Source of the DNA: an uncultured Alphaproteobacteria bacterium | GTDB lineage: Bacteria > Pseudomonadota > Alphaproteobacteria > Rhodobacterales > Rhodobacteraceae | Assembly: GCA_963777765.1 (NCBI GenBank) | Contig: CAVZRP010000007.1 | Coordinates: 397,968-461,967 of the forward strand | Length of the DNA: 64,000 nt | Direction: 5' to 3' | Shown: one piece after another, positions 48,575 through 60,317 of the stretch | Layout: every line of letters starts with the position of its first letter | Numbering within the stretch: the first letter of the stretch is position 1 | The notes under the pieces: model-generated | What the model was told of the DNA's origin: nothing | What the model saw: the letters and a program-made list of their open reading frames with translations, nothing else | The model's database searches: none | Position numbers and translations under genes: made by a program

Positions 48575-49498
48575 ATGACGGATGCGGGGAACGGCTGAAG
48601 GTCTGCGTCATCGGGCTTGGGTTCGATGGGCCTCGGCATCGCCGGATCGCTGCTGCGGGACGGTTTCGACGTCACGGGCTGCGATCTGTCGCCGGATGCC
48701 GCCGCGCGGTTCGCGGCGACTCGGCGGACGGGTGGCTGACAGATCCGGCGACGGCGGCGCGGGGGGCCGATGTGGTCATCACCGTGGTCGTGAACGCGGC
48801 GCAGACCGAGGCGGTGCTGTTCGGCGACGGGGAGCGCCGCAGCCGGCGATGGCACCCGGCGGCACGATCCTTTCCTGCGCCACGATGGCGCCCGACGCCG
48901 CCCGCGCCTTCGAGGCAAAGGCGCAGGCGCTCGGGCTTGGGCTATATCGACGCGCCGATCAGCGGCGGTGCCGCCCGCGCGGCGGCCGGTGAACTGACGA
49001 TCATGGCCTCCGGCGCGCCTGCGGCCTTCGACCGGGTGCGCCCGGTGCTCGACTGCATCGCGGCCAAGGTCTACGAGCTTGGCGACGCGGCCGGAACCGG
49101 GGCCGCCTTCAAGATCGTCAACCAGTTGCTGGCGGGCGTGCATATCGCGGCGGCCTGCGAGGCGATCACCTTTGCCAAGGCAATGGATCTGGACATCGCC
49201 CGCGTCTACGAGGTGATCACCGCCTCGGCCGGAAATTCCTGGATGTTCGAGAACCGGGTGCCCCATATCCTCGACGGCGATTATGCGCCGCGCAGCGCCG
49301 TCGACATCTTCACCAAGGATCTCGGGATCGTCACCGATATCGGGCGCGGGCTGAAATTCCCGACGCCGGTCGCCTCGATGGCACTGCAGATGTTCGTGAT
49401 GACGGCGGCGGCCGGGATGGGGCGCGACGACGATGCCTCGGTCGCGCGGATGATCGCGGGACTCGCCGGGCCTCGATCTGCCCGAGGCGAAGGCCTGA
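48575..49498 (+). CDS. ltnD: L-threonate dehydrogenase (indels)
   Basis: [60 protein letters not shown]; adjacent to the otn genes. Confidence 0.88.
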
Positions 49499-49500
49499 CC

Positions 49501-50278
49501 ATGCCGCGTTTCGCCGCCAACCTGACGATGATGTTCAACGAGCGGTCCGTTCCTCGACCGGTTCGCGGCTGCCGCGGCGGCCGGGTTCGATGCGGTCGAA
49601 TTCCTGTTCCCCTATGCCTATCGATCCGGCGCAGCTTGCGGACCGGCTGCGTGCGAACGACCTGACGCAGGCGCTGTTCAACCTGCCGCCCGGGAACTGG
49701 GAGGCGGGCGAACGCGGCCTTGCGGCGCTGGCGGGGCGCGACGGATGAGTTTCGCGCTTCGGTCACCACGGCCCTGACGCTATGCCAGCGCAACCGAGGT
49801 CGGCCGCGTGCATGTGATGAGCGGGCTTGCCGATCCGGTCCGATCCAGCAGCGCGCCGGACCTATCGCGAGTCGCTGGCCTATCTGTGCGACGCGGCGGG
49901 GCCGGCGGGCCTCGACGTGATGATCGAGCCGATCAACAGCCGCGACATGCCGGGGTACTTCCTGAACGACTTCAACATGGCCGCCGACCTGATCGCCGAT
50001 CTCGGCCTGCCGAACCTGAAGCTTCAGTTCGACATCTATCATCGCCAGATCATCCACGGCGACGTGCTGACCGGGCTGCGGCAGCATGATGCCGATCATC
50101 GGCCATGTGCAGATCGCCGCCGTCCCGCTGCGGCACGAGCCGGGCACGGGCGAGCTGGACGACATCCGCGTGCTGCGCGAACTCGACACCCTGGGCTATG
50201 CCGGCTTTGTCGGCTGCGAATATCGCCCTGCAGGCGACACCGTCGCCGGGCTGGGCTGGCGCGAGCGCGTTTGCCTGA
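49501..50278 (+). CDS. otnI: 2-oxo-tetronate isomerase (Hyi family; indels)
   Basis: [56 protein letters not shown]. Confidence 0.88.
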
Positions 50279-50310
50279 CGCCGGACACTCATTCGAATAC
50301 GGAGACGACC

Positions 50311-51205
50311 ATGACCAAGCGCATCATCTTCACCGGCGGCACGGGCAAGGCCGGGCGGCACGCCGTGCCGCATCTGCTGGCCAAGGGCTATTCGATCCTG
50401 AACGTCGATCTGAAGCCGCTGGACCTGCCCGGCGTCAACACGCTGATCGCCGACCTGACCGACAGCGGGCAGGCCTTCAACGCGCTGACCACGCATTTCG
50501 GGTTTGACGGCTACGACGACGGCGCGCCGCCCAAGGCACCCGATGCGGTGGTGCATTTCGCGGCGATCCCGCGGGTGATGATCGAGCCCGACAACAAGAC
50601 CTTCGCGGCCAATGTCACCAGCACCTACAACGTGATCGAGGCCGCCATGAAACTGGGCGTGCGCAAGGTCATCGTCGCCTCGTCCGAGACGACCTATGGC
50701 GTCTGCTTCGCCGAAGGCGACAAGGATTACCATTCGCTTCCCGCTGGACGAAGACTACGACAGCGACCCGATGGACAGCTACGGCCTGTCCAAGGTGGTG
50801 AACGAAAAGACGGCGCGCGCCTTTGCCATGCGCTACGGCGCCGACATCTACGCGCTGCGCATCGGCAACGTGATCGAGCCGCATGAATACGTGAACTTCC
50901 CCGGCTACCTCGCCAATCCGCCCAGCCGCAAGCGCAACGCCTGGAGCTATATCGACGCCCGCGATCTGGGCGAGATCGTGCATCTCTGCCTGCAGAAGGA
51001 CGGCCTTGGCTATCAGGTGTTCAACGCCGTCAATGACACGATCACCGCCGACCTGCCGACGACCGAGTTCCTGGCGAAATACGCGCCGAACACGCCCGTC
51101 ACCCGCCCGATGGGGCCGCGGGAGGCGCCGCTGTCGAACCGCAAGATCCGCGACGTGCTGGGCTTCCGGGAGGCGCATGACTGGCGCAACTACGTGAAGC
51201 GCTGA
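50311..51205 (+). CDS. extended SDR, NAD-dependent epimerase/dehydrogenase family (one indel)
   Basis: [32 protein letters not shown]. Confidence 0.9.
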
Positions 51206-51220
51206 CGGATCGCGCGGCAC

Positions 51221-52253
51221 ATGGCCAAGCAGCAAGCAGCGCCTGGCAGACCGAAAGAGCAAGATCACCGTGCGCGACGTGGCCCGCCGCGCCGAGGTCA
51301 GCGAATCCACCGTGTCGCGCATCATGCGCAATCAGGGGCTGATGCCGAGGCAACGCGGGAAAAGGTGATGGAGTCGGTGCGGGCACTGGGCTATGTGCCC
51401 AACCGCATTGCCGGATCGCTCGCCTCGCTCGACTCGCGGCTGGTGGGCGTGGTGATCCCGTCGCTGTCGAACATCGTGTTCCCCGAGATCCTGCAGGGGA
51501 TCAATGCGGGCCTGGCCGGAACCGACCGCCAATCGGTGATCAGCGTCACCGACTATGACCTCGACCAGGAAGAGGTCGTGGTCCGCAACCTGCTGGCCTG
51601 GCAGCCGGCCGCGGTGCTGATTGCGGGATCGACCCATACCGACGCGACGCGGCGGATGCTGGACCAGAGCGGTATCCGCGATCGTCGAGTTCATGGAGAT
51701 CGACCATCCGCCGATCGACGTCGCCGTCGGTCTGTCGCATGTGGCGGCGGGTCGCGCCTCGGCTCGGCACCTGGTCGCGCGCGGCTATCGGCGGTTCGGC
51801 TATGTCGGCTATGGCGGCACGGCCGATATCCGGGCGCGGATGCGGTATGAGGGGCTGCGCGCAGGCACTGGCCGAAGCGGGACTGTCGCTGGAAGCCGAG
51901 GTCGTGTCGGATGGGCAGACCTCGGTCGGCAAGGGCAAGGCGCAGACGGCCGAGTTGCTGCGCCCGTGCGCCCGGGATCGAAGTGGTGGTCTATTCGAAC
52001 GACGACATGGCGGTGGCGGGCTGTTCCATTGCCTGGACGCCGGAATCCGCGTGCCGGATCAACTGGCGCTGTTCGGGTTCAACGGGCTCGACATCGGGCG
52101 CGCACTGCCGCAGCCGCTTTCGACCATCCGCTCGAACCGGTTCCTGATCGGACAGCAGGCGGTGGAGGTGATCCTTGCCGAGCCGATGCGACCGGAGCGC
52201 AGCTGACGTCATCGACACCGGGTTCGAGATCTTCGAAGGGCGCCACGGCCTGA
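51221..52253 (+). CDS. LacI-family transcriptional regulator (indels)
   Basis: TVRDVARRAEVSESTVSR, LGYVPNRIAGSL, NDDMA, VP.QLALFGFNGL, LSTI. Confidence 0.92.
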
Positions 52254-52283
52254 CGACGGAGCACGCGCGGTCACGGCAATGGC

Positions 52284-52314
52284 AAAGGGGCGCCCGGATC
52301 GAACCGGGCGCCCC
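52284..52314 (-). terminator. intrinsic terminator for the SBP gene
   Basis: ggggcgcccgg-atcgaa-ccgggcgcccc with a short U-run on the minus strand. Confidence 0.7.
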
Positions 52315-52332
52315 CTCGTCTTGATCAGCGCG

Positions 52333-53331
52333 TTACTTCTGGATGCAGGTATCGACCGTGTCCTTGGTGCATTCGTCCAGACCGGTGAAGATCGGGTCGG
52401 CGACCTCCTCGCCGTTGATCAGCTCGATCATCGCGCCGGGGGCGAGGTAGCCCATCTCGAACGGGCGCTGACCGACCAGCGCGGTGACCAGACCTTCGCG
52501 GGCAAGATCGACCTCGGCGCCGATCGTGTCGGCGGCACCGATGACGAAGTCGTTGCTGGCGATCCGCTCGGCATAGGGCGTGAACAGGTCGCGGTAGGGC
52601 TGCGGTGCGCCGAACAGCGGCCAGCCGCCCATGATCCCGAAGGCATCGAGATCAGGGTTCGCGGCGAGGATGTCGGTCATCGCCTGCACGCCCTTGGCAC
52701 CGTCGTCGTTGGTGAAGACCGGGCAGCCCGCAACTTCGGTCCAGCCGCCTTCGCCCGCCAGCGCCGCCAGCCCTTCCTGCCCGCTCAGCGCATCGCGCAT
52801 GCCCTGCGCGCGGCGCAGGATGTTGTCGGCGCCCGGGTTGCCCTGGATCGAGCAGATCGTGCCGCCATCGGGCTTGGCCGCCTTGATGTATTCGCCGATG
52901 CGCTTGCCCATCAGGTAGTTGTCGGTGCCCAGATAGGTCTTGCGCAGGGCCGCATCCTCGGCCGCAAGGTCGGCGTCCAGCGTCATGATCGGGATGGTCG
53001 GCGCCGCGGTCTTGAGCGTCTGCGCGATCAGCTTGGCGTTGGACGGCGAGATCGCCATCGCGACGGTGGACGGCTTGCCCAGCATGTCCTGCACGATCTG
53101 CGCTTCGCCGGCCTCGTCCGAGGTCGAGGCGGGGCCGGTGTAGAAGCATTCATATTCGCTGTCGGCGTTCTCGGCGTTCCACTTCTGGCAGCCCTGGTTG
53201 ATCGCCTCGAAGAACGGGTTGTCGAGCCCCTTCACCACGATCACCAGTTGCTTCTTGTCCTGCGCGAGGCCAGCGCCGGCTCCCAGCGCCAGCACGGCGG
53301 CGGCCGCTGCAAGCATCAAGGTCTTCTTCAT
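52333..53331 (-). CDS. sugar/polyol ABC transporter substrate-binding protein
   Basis: Signal peptide, K.LDNPFF, YLGTDN, GQRPFEMGY. Confidence 0.93.
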   Translation of the reverse strand: MKKTLMLAAAAAVLALGAGAGLAQDKKQLVIVVKGLDNPFFEAINQGCQKWNAENADSEYECFYTGPASTSDEAGEAQIVQDMLGKPSTVAMAISPSNAKLIAQTLKTAAPTIPIMTLDADLAAEDAALRKTYLGTDNYLMGKRIGEYIKAAKPDGGTICSIQGNPGADNILRRAQGMRDALSGQEGLAALAGEGGWTEVAGCPVFTNDDGAKGVQAMTDILAANPDLDAFGIMGGWPLFGAPQPYRDLFTPYAERIASNDFVIGAADTIGAEVDLAREGLVTALVGQRPFEMGYLAPGAMIELINGEEVADPIFTGLDECTKDTVDTCIQK

Positions 53332-53733
53332 TCGATCAGTCCTCCCAAAGGCCGCGAGCGCGCTCTGCGTCGGCGGCAAGATGCGATCCGGAACGGCTGC
53401 CTGGTCGGGGTCTCTGACTGACCCCGTTTGGTGCGTTCCGGATCGGCACAGTCGTCAAGTCACAGTCGGTACGCCGGCCGACACAGGGTCGCCGTGCCGC
53501 AGCGCATCGGGACGGACGATGCGGCCGGCCGTCCGGTGCCGCAGATCCGTGGTCGAAACCTCCGTCTGATCGACCACGCCAGGGCGATGCCGGCGCAACG
53601 TGCGCCCCAGGCAACCGTCCGCCGGCACTTCAGTTCAGTGCAGTCGCACCTCTTCCTCCACGCATCAGGTGACAATGACCAGGCTCTTCCGTCAAGTGAA
53701 TCCGTGCGTGAAACGAGCAAAAAATCTGCGCGA

Positions 53734-53749
53734 ATGACAGCGCTTTTAT
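53734..53749. promoter_or_regulatory. LacI-family operator between SBP and ATPase genes
   Basis: ATGACAGCGCTTTTAT, similar to the 48509 site. Confidence 0.6.
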
Positions 53750-53919
53750 ACTAGGGATTTCATTGACTTTCGCTGAGACGTCTGGTTAGCTGGTCTGAGC
53801 CGCGTTTCTGGGAGGAGACGGCCAGCGTTTCCGATACGTCTTGCGCGACACCGATGTGCCGCGGCAAGAGTCACGAGCGCGCTGGCGCATTGCGGCTGTT
53901 AGGGGAGGCTCGGCGACCG

Positions 53920-54662
53920 ATGTCAGTTCTGGAACTCAAGCACATGTCGAAGCATTTCGGGGCCATCGAGGCGGTGAAGGACGTGTCCTTCACGCTCGAG
54001 GCCGGCGAGGTGATCGGCCTGATGGGCGACAACGGCGCGGGGAAATCCACGCTCGTCAAGATGATCGCCGGCAACTTCCGGCCCAGCTGCGGGTTCGATC
54101 CTGATGGACGGCAAGGAAATCGTGATGCACCGCCCGGTCGAGGCGCGCCAGCACGGGATCGAGATCGTCCACCAGGATCTGGCGCTGTGCGACAACCTGA
54201 CGGCGGCCGCCAACGTCTTTCTGGGGCGCGAGATGCAGCGCGGCTTCGGCCCGTTCAAGATCCTCGACTATCGCGTCGATGTACCGGCGCGCGGCCGAGA
54301 TCTTCACCGAACTGAAATCCGAAACCCGCCCGCGCGATCTGGTCAAGAAGATGTCGGGCGGCCAGCGGCAGGCGGTGGCCATCGCCCGCACCCGGCTGAG
54401 CAACGCCAAGATCGTGCTGATGGACGAACCGACCGCCGCCATCTCGGTCCGGCAGGTGGCCGAGGTGCTGAACCTGATCCGCCGTCTGCGGGACCAGGGC
54501 ATCACCGTCGTCCTGATCAGCCACCGCATGCCCGACGTGTTCACCGTTGCCGACCGCGTGATCGTCATGCGGCGCGGCACGAAGGTGGCCGACAAGAAGA
54601 TCGCGGACAGTTCGCCCGAAGAAGTGACCGGCCTGATCACCGGCGCGATCGAAACCGTCTGA
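53920..54662 (+). CDS. sugar ABC transporter ATPase (single domain; indels)
   Basis: GDNGAGKST, QDLALCDNL, MSGGQRQ, MDEPTAA, ISH. Confidence 0.93.
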
Positions 54663-54698
54663 ACGGCAGCCCGCGACAGCCAACCTGAAAGGCCTGCG

Positions 54699-55699
54699 AT
54701 GACCACATCTCTCAGCGCCTCCATCGACCAGAAGCAGCAGACCCGGCTGTCCGGCCTTCTTGGCAGCCAGACCTTCTGGGTGTTCATCGCCGTGATCGTG
54801 GCGTCGCTGGTCCTGTCCTTCGTGACCGACAGCTTCGCCACCCAGAAGAACCTCTACAACATCACGCGCAACGTCACCTTCGTCGCCATCATCGCGCTTG
54901 GCATGACGATGGTGATCATCACCGGCGGCATCGACCTTTCGGTCGGATCGGTTCTGTGCCTGTGCTCGATGGTTCTGGCCGTGGTGATGCATGCGGGCTA
55001 TTCGATCGAAGTCGGCATCGCTCGCATCGATCGCCACGGCTCTTGTCGTCGGCGCAATCAACGGCGTCCTGATCGCCTATATCGGCCTGCCACCCTTCGT
55101 GGTGACGCTCGGCATGCTGTCGATCGCGCGCAGCCTTGCGATGGTCGCCTCGGGCAACACCGTGGTGTTCGAGTTCGGACCCGATCACGATACCCTGCTG
55201 GCGCTCGGGGGCGGGGCATGGTTCTTCGGGATCGCCAATCCGGTGATGTACATGATCGTCCTCGGCCTGCTGACCGGCTTCGTCCTGCGCTGGACGCGCT
55301 TCGGCCGCTATCTCTTCGCCATCGGCGGCAACGAGCAGGCGGCGACCCTGACCGGCGTGCCGGTGCGGATGATCAAGGTCGCGGTCTACATGATCTCGGC
55401 CCTGACGGCAGGCATCGCCGGGCATCGTGCAGACCGGCTGGCTTGGCGCGGTCACCACCAACATCGGCACGGGGATGGAACTGCAGGTGATCGCGGCCGC
55501 CGTGATCGGCGGCGCGAACCTCGCCGGCGGCGCCGGCACGGCGCTGGGCGCCATCATCGGCGCGATGCTGATCGAGGTCATCCGCAACAGCCTCGGCCTG
55601 CTGGGTATCAACGCCTTCTGGCAGGGCACGTTCATCGGCGGCGCGATCCTGTTCGCCGTCCTGTTCGACCGCCTCGCCAACTATCGCAGGAACGACTAG
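54699..55699 (+). CDS. sugar ABC transporter permease (indels)
   Basis: GGIDLSVGS, PPFVVTLG, AIGGNEQAA, ELQVIAAAVIGG. Confidence 0.93.
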
Positions 55700-55963
55700 C
55701 GAGTCCGGTCCCGGATGACTTCAAGGCCGCCGCCGGCATCTATGTCCCGAGGTCTGCCTGAAAGCATCCGCAAAGGAGAGCGGTGATGCGGTTCTCGCCG
55801 CTTTGAAGCGAAAGCGGGTGGAGCAGGCAGAGATGCTGCCCGACTGCCACCCGATAAGGCCCTGAATTTGCGGGCGGGGCCCGGACTGGTCAGGAGTGCG
55901 AGGTCGGTGCGCTCAGGACGTGTCCCCTTGGATCGCCGTCCTGATCCATTGCCTCCTCGCGCC

Positions 55964-56883
55964 TCAGGGCACCTGTGCGCCGGTCACTGTGACGTAGATC
56001 GCGTAGACCGAGGTTGTTGCCGCGATGAAAAGGCGGTTGCGTCTCGGGCCGCCGAAGGTGAGGTTCGCCACGGTTTGCGGCACCATGATCTTGCCCAGGC
56101 GGATGCCATCGGGCGCAAAGCAATGTACGCCGTCGGCAGCGCTAGACCAGAGATTGCCGGAGGTGTCGGTGCGGATGCCGTCGGGGAGGCCGGCGTCGAT
56201 ATGGGCAAAGACGCGCCCGTTCGACAGCCGGTCGCCTGTCACGTCAAAGGCGCGGATGTGGCGGGGCGCGGCGGGGTCGTGGCTCGCGGCGCTGTCGGCA
56301 ATGTAGAGTGTCGTCTCGTCCGGGGAAAAGGCGAGACCGTTCGGTTGCCCGAAGTCGTCGATGACGCAGGTGATCGTGCCTGCCGCCGGGTCGATCCGGT
56401 AGACGCCGCGATGCGGTTGTTCGGGGTCTGCCTTGTACCCTTCGTAGTCTGACAGGATGCCATAGGTCGGATCGGTGAACCAGATACTGCCATCAGACTT
56501 CACGACGACATCGTTGGGCGAGTTGAACCGTTTGCCCTGATACCGGTCGGCAAGCACGGTGATCGTGCCGTCCAGCTCGGTCCGGGTCACGCGGCGGGTT
56601 CCATGTTCGCAGGATACGAGCCGCCCCTGCCTGTCACGCGTATGGCCATTGGAGAAATTGGACCGGTGCGGAACACAGAGATGCCACCTGTGATCGCATC
56701 GGGTGTCCAGCGCAGGATGCGCTGATTTGGAATGTCACTCCACAGAAGGCAGTTGAGGTCGTTGAACCAGACCGGGCCTTCGGCCCAGCGGCAGCCGGTG
56801 AAAAGCTCTTCCAGCCGCGCAGAACCGACGCGCATGTGCAGGAAGCGCGGGTCGTCGATCTGGTATAGTTCGTCCGTTGCCAT
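55964..56883 (-). CDS. SMP-30/gluconolactonase family protein (indels near 56600-56670)
   Basis: WAEGPVW, WSDIP, NSPND, FTDP.YG, PNGLAFSPDE, PDG..D..GNLW. Confidence 0.92.
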
Positions 56884-56896
56884 CGCGAAGCCCTTC

Positions 56897-57839
56897 CTAA
56901 CGAGCGCCGGACTGCCGCCTGCTGGCGACGAGGATGACGGCGATGATGATGAGCCCGGTCAGGATCAGCCGGACGCCGGCCCCGAAACCGTAGGTGTTCA
57001 GCATCGACACGACAAGGAACATGAACAGCGAGGCCCCCCAGATGCCCGGCACGTTGCTGTCGCCGCCCGCCACGGCGGTGCCGCCGATCACCACGACGGC
57101 AATCGACATCAGCAGGTATTCCGCCCCCATGTTCAGCGCCGCGCCGCCGGAGAAGCAGGCAAACAGATAGCCGCAGACCGCCGCCAGCACGGCGCAGAGC
57201 ACGTAGGTCACAAACCGCGTGCCATCGACCGGTATGCCCGCCATGCGCGCGGCGGGCAGGCTTTGACCGATGGCGGCGATCCAGCGGCCATAGACGGTGC
57301 GATGCAGCAGCACCCAGGCAAGCGACGGAGACAGCGAGCGCGATCAGCGCGACGTTGGGAATGCCGAGCGTGTAGGTCGTGGTGAAATCGGCCAGCACCG
57401 GCGGCGGCTTGATGCGCAGGCCGCGGTTGGTCCAGATCGCGGTCGACTGCACGATGAAGCTCATCGACAGCGTGGCGATGATCGGCGGGATGCGCAGCGC
57501 CTTGATCAGCGCGTAGTTGCCGATGCCGACGGCGATGCCGATCAGGATGGCGATGCCAAGGCCGTGCAGGACCAGCGCGTTCTGCGTGTCCATGTATTTC
57601 AGCGCCACGGTTCCGGCGAGCGTCATGGTGGCGGGAACCGACAGGTCGATGTTGCCGGGGCCGAGCGTGATGACGAACATCTGGCCGATGCCGACAAGCA
57701 CCGAAAAGGCGGCGAAGGTCAGCGCGGCCTGGGTGAGCCCCTGCGTGCTCGCCCCGGCGGTGACGGCGATGGTGGCAAGCCAGACCGAGAAGGCCGCGAC
57801 GAAGGACCAGATCCAGGGCCTGCGGAACAGGCCGTTCAT
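56897..57839 (-). CDS. sugar ABC transporter permease (indel)
   Basis: GNIDLS, IPPIIATL, SIAVVVIGGT...GG. Confidence 0.9.
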
Positions 57840-58779
57840 GTCCGCCGCCCTCGCGTTTCCAGCCGGTTCAGCGCGAGCCGCAGCGCCAGCACGACGATCA
57901 GGATCGCGCCCTGCGCGCCGATCTGCCAGTCGGGCGAGATGCGCAGGAACGACAGGAACGACCCGGCCAGCGTCAGCGTCAGCGCGCCGATCACGGCCCC
58001 GATGGGCGAGATGCGGCCGCCGGTGAACTCGCCGCCGCCGAGGATCACGCCGGCGATGGACAGCAGCGTGTAGCGCAGCGCGATGTTGGCATCGGCGGAG
58101 GTGGTCAGGCCGACCAGCGCGATGCCTGCCGCGACGGCAAAGCAGGCGGCCAGCGCATAGGCCCCGGCCCGCGCGCGCGACGATGGACCAGCCGGCGCGC
58201 TCCACCGACCGCTGGTTGCCGCCGACGCCGCGGATCAGCACGCCGAAGGACGATCGCATGATGATCAGATGGGCAAATGCCGCGATCAGGGCACTGGCGA
58301 CGATGGCCATCGGCAGTAGCGGCGGTTTCGAGGTCATCAGCCAGCGCGCCCATTCGGGCGCCGTGCCGCCCGGCGCGGGCAGGAGCAGCACGGCCAGCCC
58401 GCCCCAGACAAAGCTCATGCCCAGCGTGACCACGATGGAGGGCAGGTTGCGCAGGTGGATGATCACGCCGAGCCCCGCGTAGACGCGCGATGGATGCCAG
58501 CAGGATCAGGATGCCGAGCAGGGGCGTGTCGTGCAGGAAGGTCGCCGTCACGCAGGCGACGAAGCTGACGAAGGTGCCCATCGACAGGTCAAGGTCGTTG
58601 ACCGACATGATCAGCATCTGCGCGATGGTCGCCAGGGCGATGGGCACCGCGAGATTGAACAGCAGGTTCAGCCCGGTATAGCTCATCGCGCGGGGCTGCA
58701 GGTAGAACACGCCCGCCAGCAGCAACAGCAGCGACAGCACCGGGACAGCGAGCCGGAGCGTGTCGGACGATAACTTCAT
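57836..58779 (-). CDS. sugar ABC transporter permease (indels)
   Basis: DLDLS, LPSIVVTLG, GGN, ILGGGEFTGG. Confidence 0.9.
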
Positions 58780-60242
58780 GCCGCCGCCCCCTGGAACGAG
58801 GCGCGCAGGATGTTGCCTTCGGTGATCTCCTCGCCGGTCAGTTCGGCCACGATGGCACCTTCGCGGAAGACATAGACACGGTCGCAGAGGCTCATTTCGT
58901 CCATCTCGGTCGAGTACCAGACGAAGGTGCGGCCCGCGTCGGCCTCGGCGCGGATGATGCGAGTAGACCTCCTGCTTGGTGCCGACATCGACGCCGCGCA
59001 TCGGGTCATCCATCAGCACCACGGGCGCGCGGGTGGCCAGCGCGCGGGCGAACAGCACCTTCTGCTGGTTGCCGCCGGACAGCGACAGGATGCGGTTGCC
59101 CATGTCGGGCGTGCGGATGTCGATGCGGGTCTTCCGCCAATCGGCGCCCGCGCGGCTTCGGCCGCATCCCGCAGCATGCCGCGCGCGACAGGTCGGCAAG
59201 CGCGGCGATGGTCATGTTGCGCAGGATGCTCCACAGATCGAAGATGCCGTTCTCGCGCCGGTCGCCGGCCACGAAGGTCACCGCAGGGTCGCGGCGGGGC
59301 AGCCACTGCGGGCTCTGGTGATCGAAGAGCGCCAGCAGCATGTCGGTCTGGCCGTGGCCGCCCAGACCCGCCAGCCCGACGACCTCGCCCTTGGCGGCGC
59401 GGAACGGCAGGCCGCGCGGCGGAGCAAGGTGCAGTACCGGGCCACCGGCACTGCGAGGCTGCCGGCGCGGGCGGCCACCCGTGCGCGTCGTACTGCCCAT
59501 CGCCTCGACCAGGCTGGCGTGGGTGAAGCCGCCGGCGGGGCGTTCGGCCACGATGCGGCCATCCTTCATCACGACGATGCGGCTGGCGGTGGTACAGGAT
59601 TTCATCAAGGATATGCGAGATCAGGATGACCGCGCCACCTCGCAGCCACGAAGCGGCGGACATGGTGCCAGCAGTTGCGCGGCAAGGCCCGCGTCCAGCG
59701 ACGACGTGGGTTCGTCAAGGATCACGAGCCGTGGCGCGGTGCCGGCGTCGGAGAAGGCCATGCGCGATTTCGACCATCTGGCGCTCGGCGATGGACAGGG
59801 TGCCGACCTGCTCGGCGCTGTCGATGCCGTGGCCGGGGAAGATCGCATCGAGACTTTGCATCGATGATGCGCCGGGCGCGGCTGCGCCAGCCGAGGCCGC
59901 CCAGATCGCGGTGCATGATGCCGGGTGTTTTCGAGCGATGCTGAGGTTGGGGCAGAGCGACAGTTCCTGGAACACGCAGCGCACGCCCAGACTGCGAGCT
60001 ACGGCAATGCCGTAGGGTCGCAGCGGTACGGCCCTCGCTGGCGATGCTGCCCTGCTGCGGGGTCAGGCCGCCGTTGATGACCGAGACGATCGTGGATTTG
60101 CCAGCCCCGTTATGCCCCACGAGGCCGATGCATTCGCCTGAGCCGACCGTACAGGGAAACGCCGTCCAGGGCGCGAACCTCGCCAAAGCGCATGGCGGCA
60201 TCGGTGACTGTCCAGCAAGGCGCTGCGCTGGGATGGGGTCAT
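58776..60242 (-). CDS. sugar ABC transporter ATPase (two-domain; many indels)
   Basis: GHNGAGKST, FQELSL, ILDEPTSSL, LSGGNQQK, DDPMRGVD. Confidence 0.88.
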
Positions 60243-60317
60243 GCTGCTCTTCGGATGCAAGGCGGCCCGCCGCAAGGTCATGGCGGGCCGATCGTGTCAG
60301 CGGTGGTGTGCTCGCGG

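Noticed and set aside
48772-50886. Apparent LtnD-OtnI and OtnI-epimerase fusions
   Set aside because: Indels just before the natural stops; the next genes have their own ATG starts at 49501 and 50311.
50311-51205. D-erythronate dehydrogenase denD
   Set aside because: The position fits, but the N-terminal TGGTGKAG and other motifs do not resemble DenD as I know it; left unnamed.
55700-55960. Gene fragment or sRNA between the permease and the lactonase
   Set aside because: The short coding-like stretch (PDDFKAAAGIYVP) has no start or recognisable family; too little evidence.
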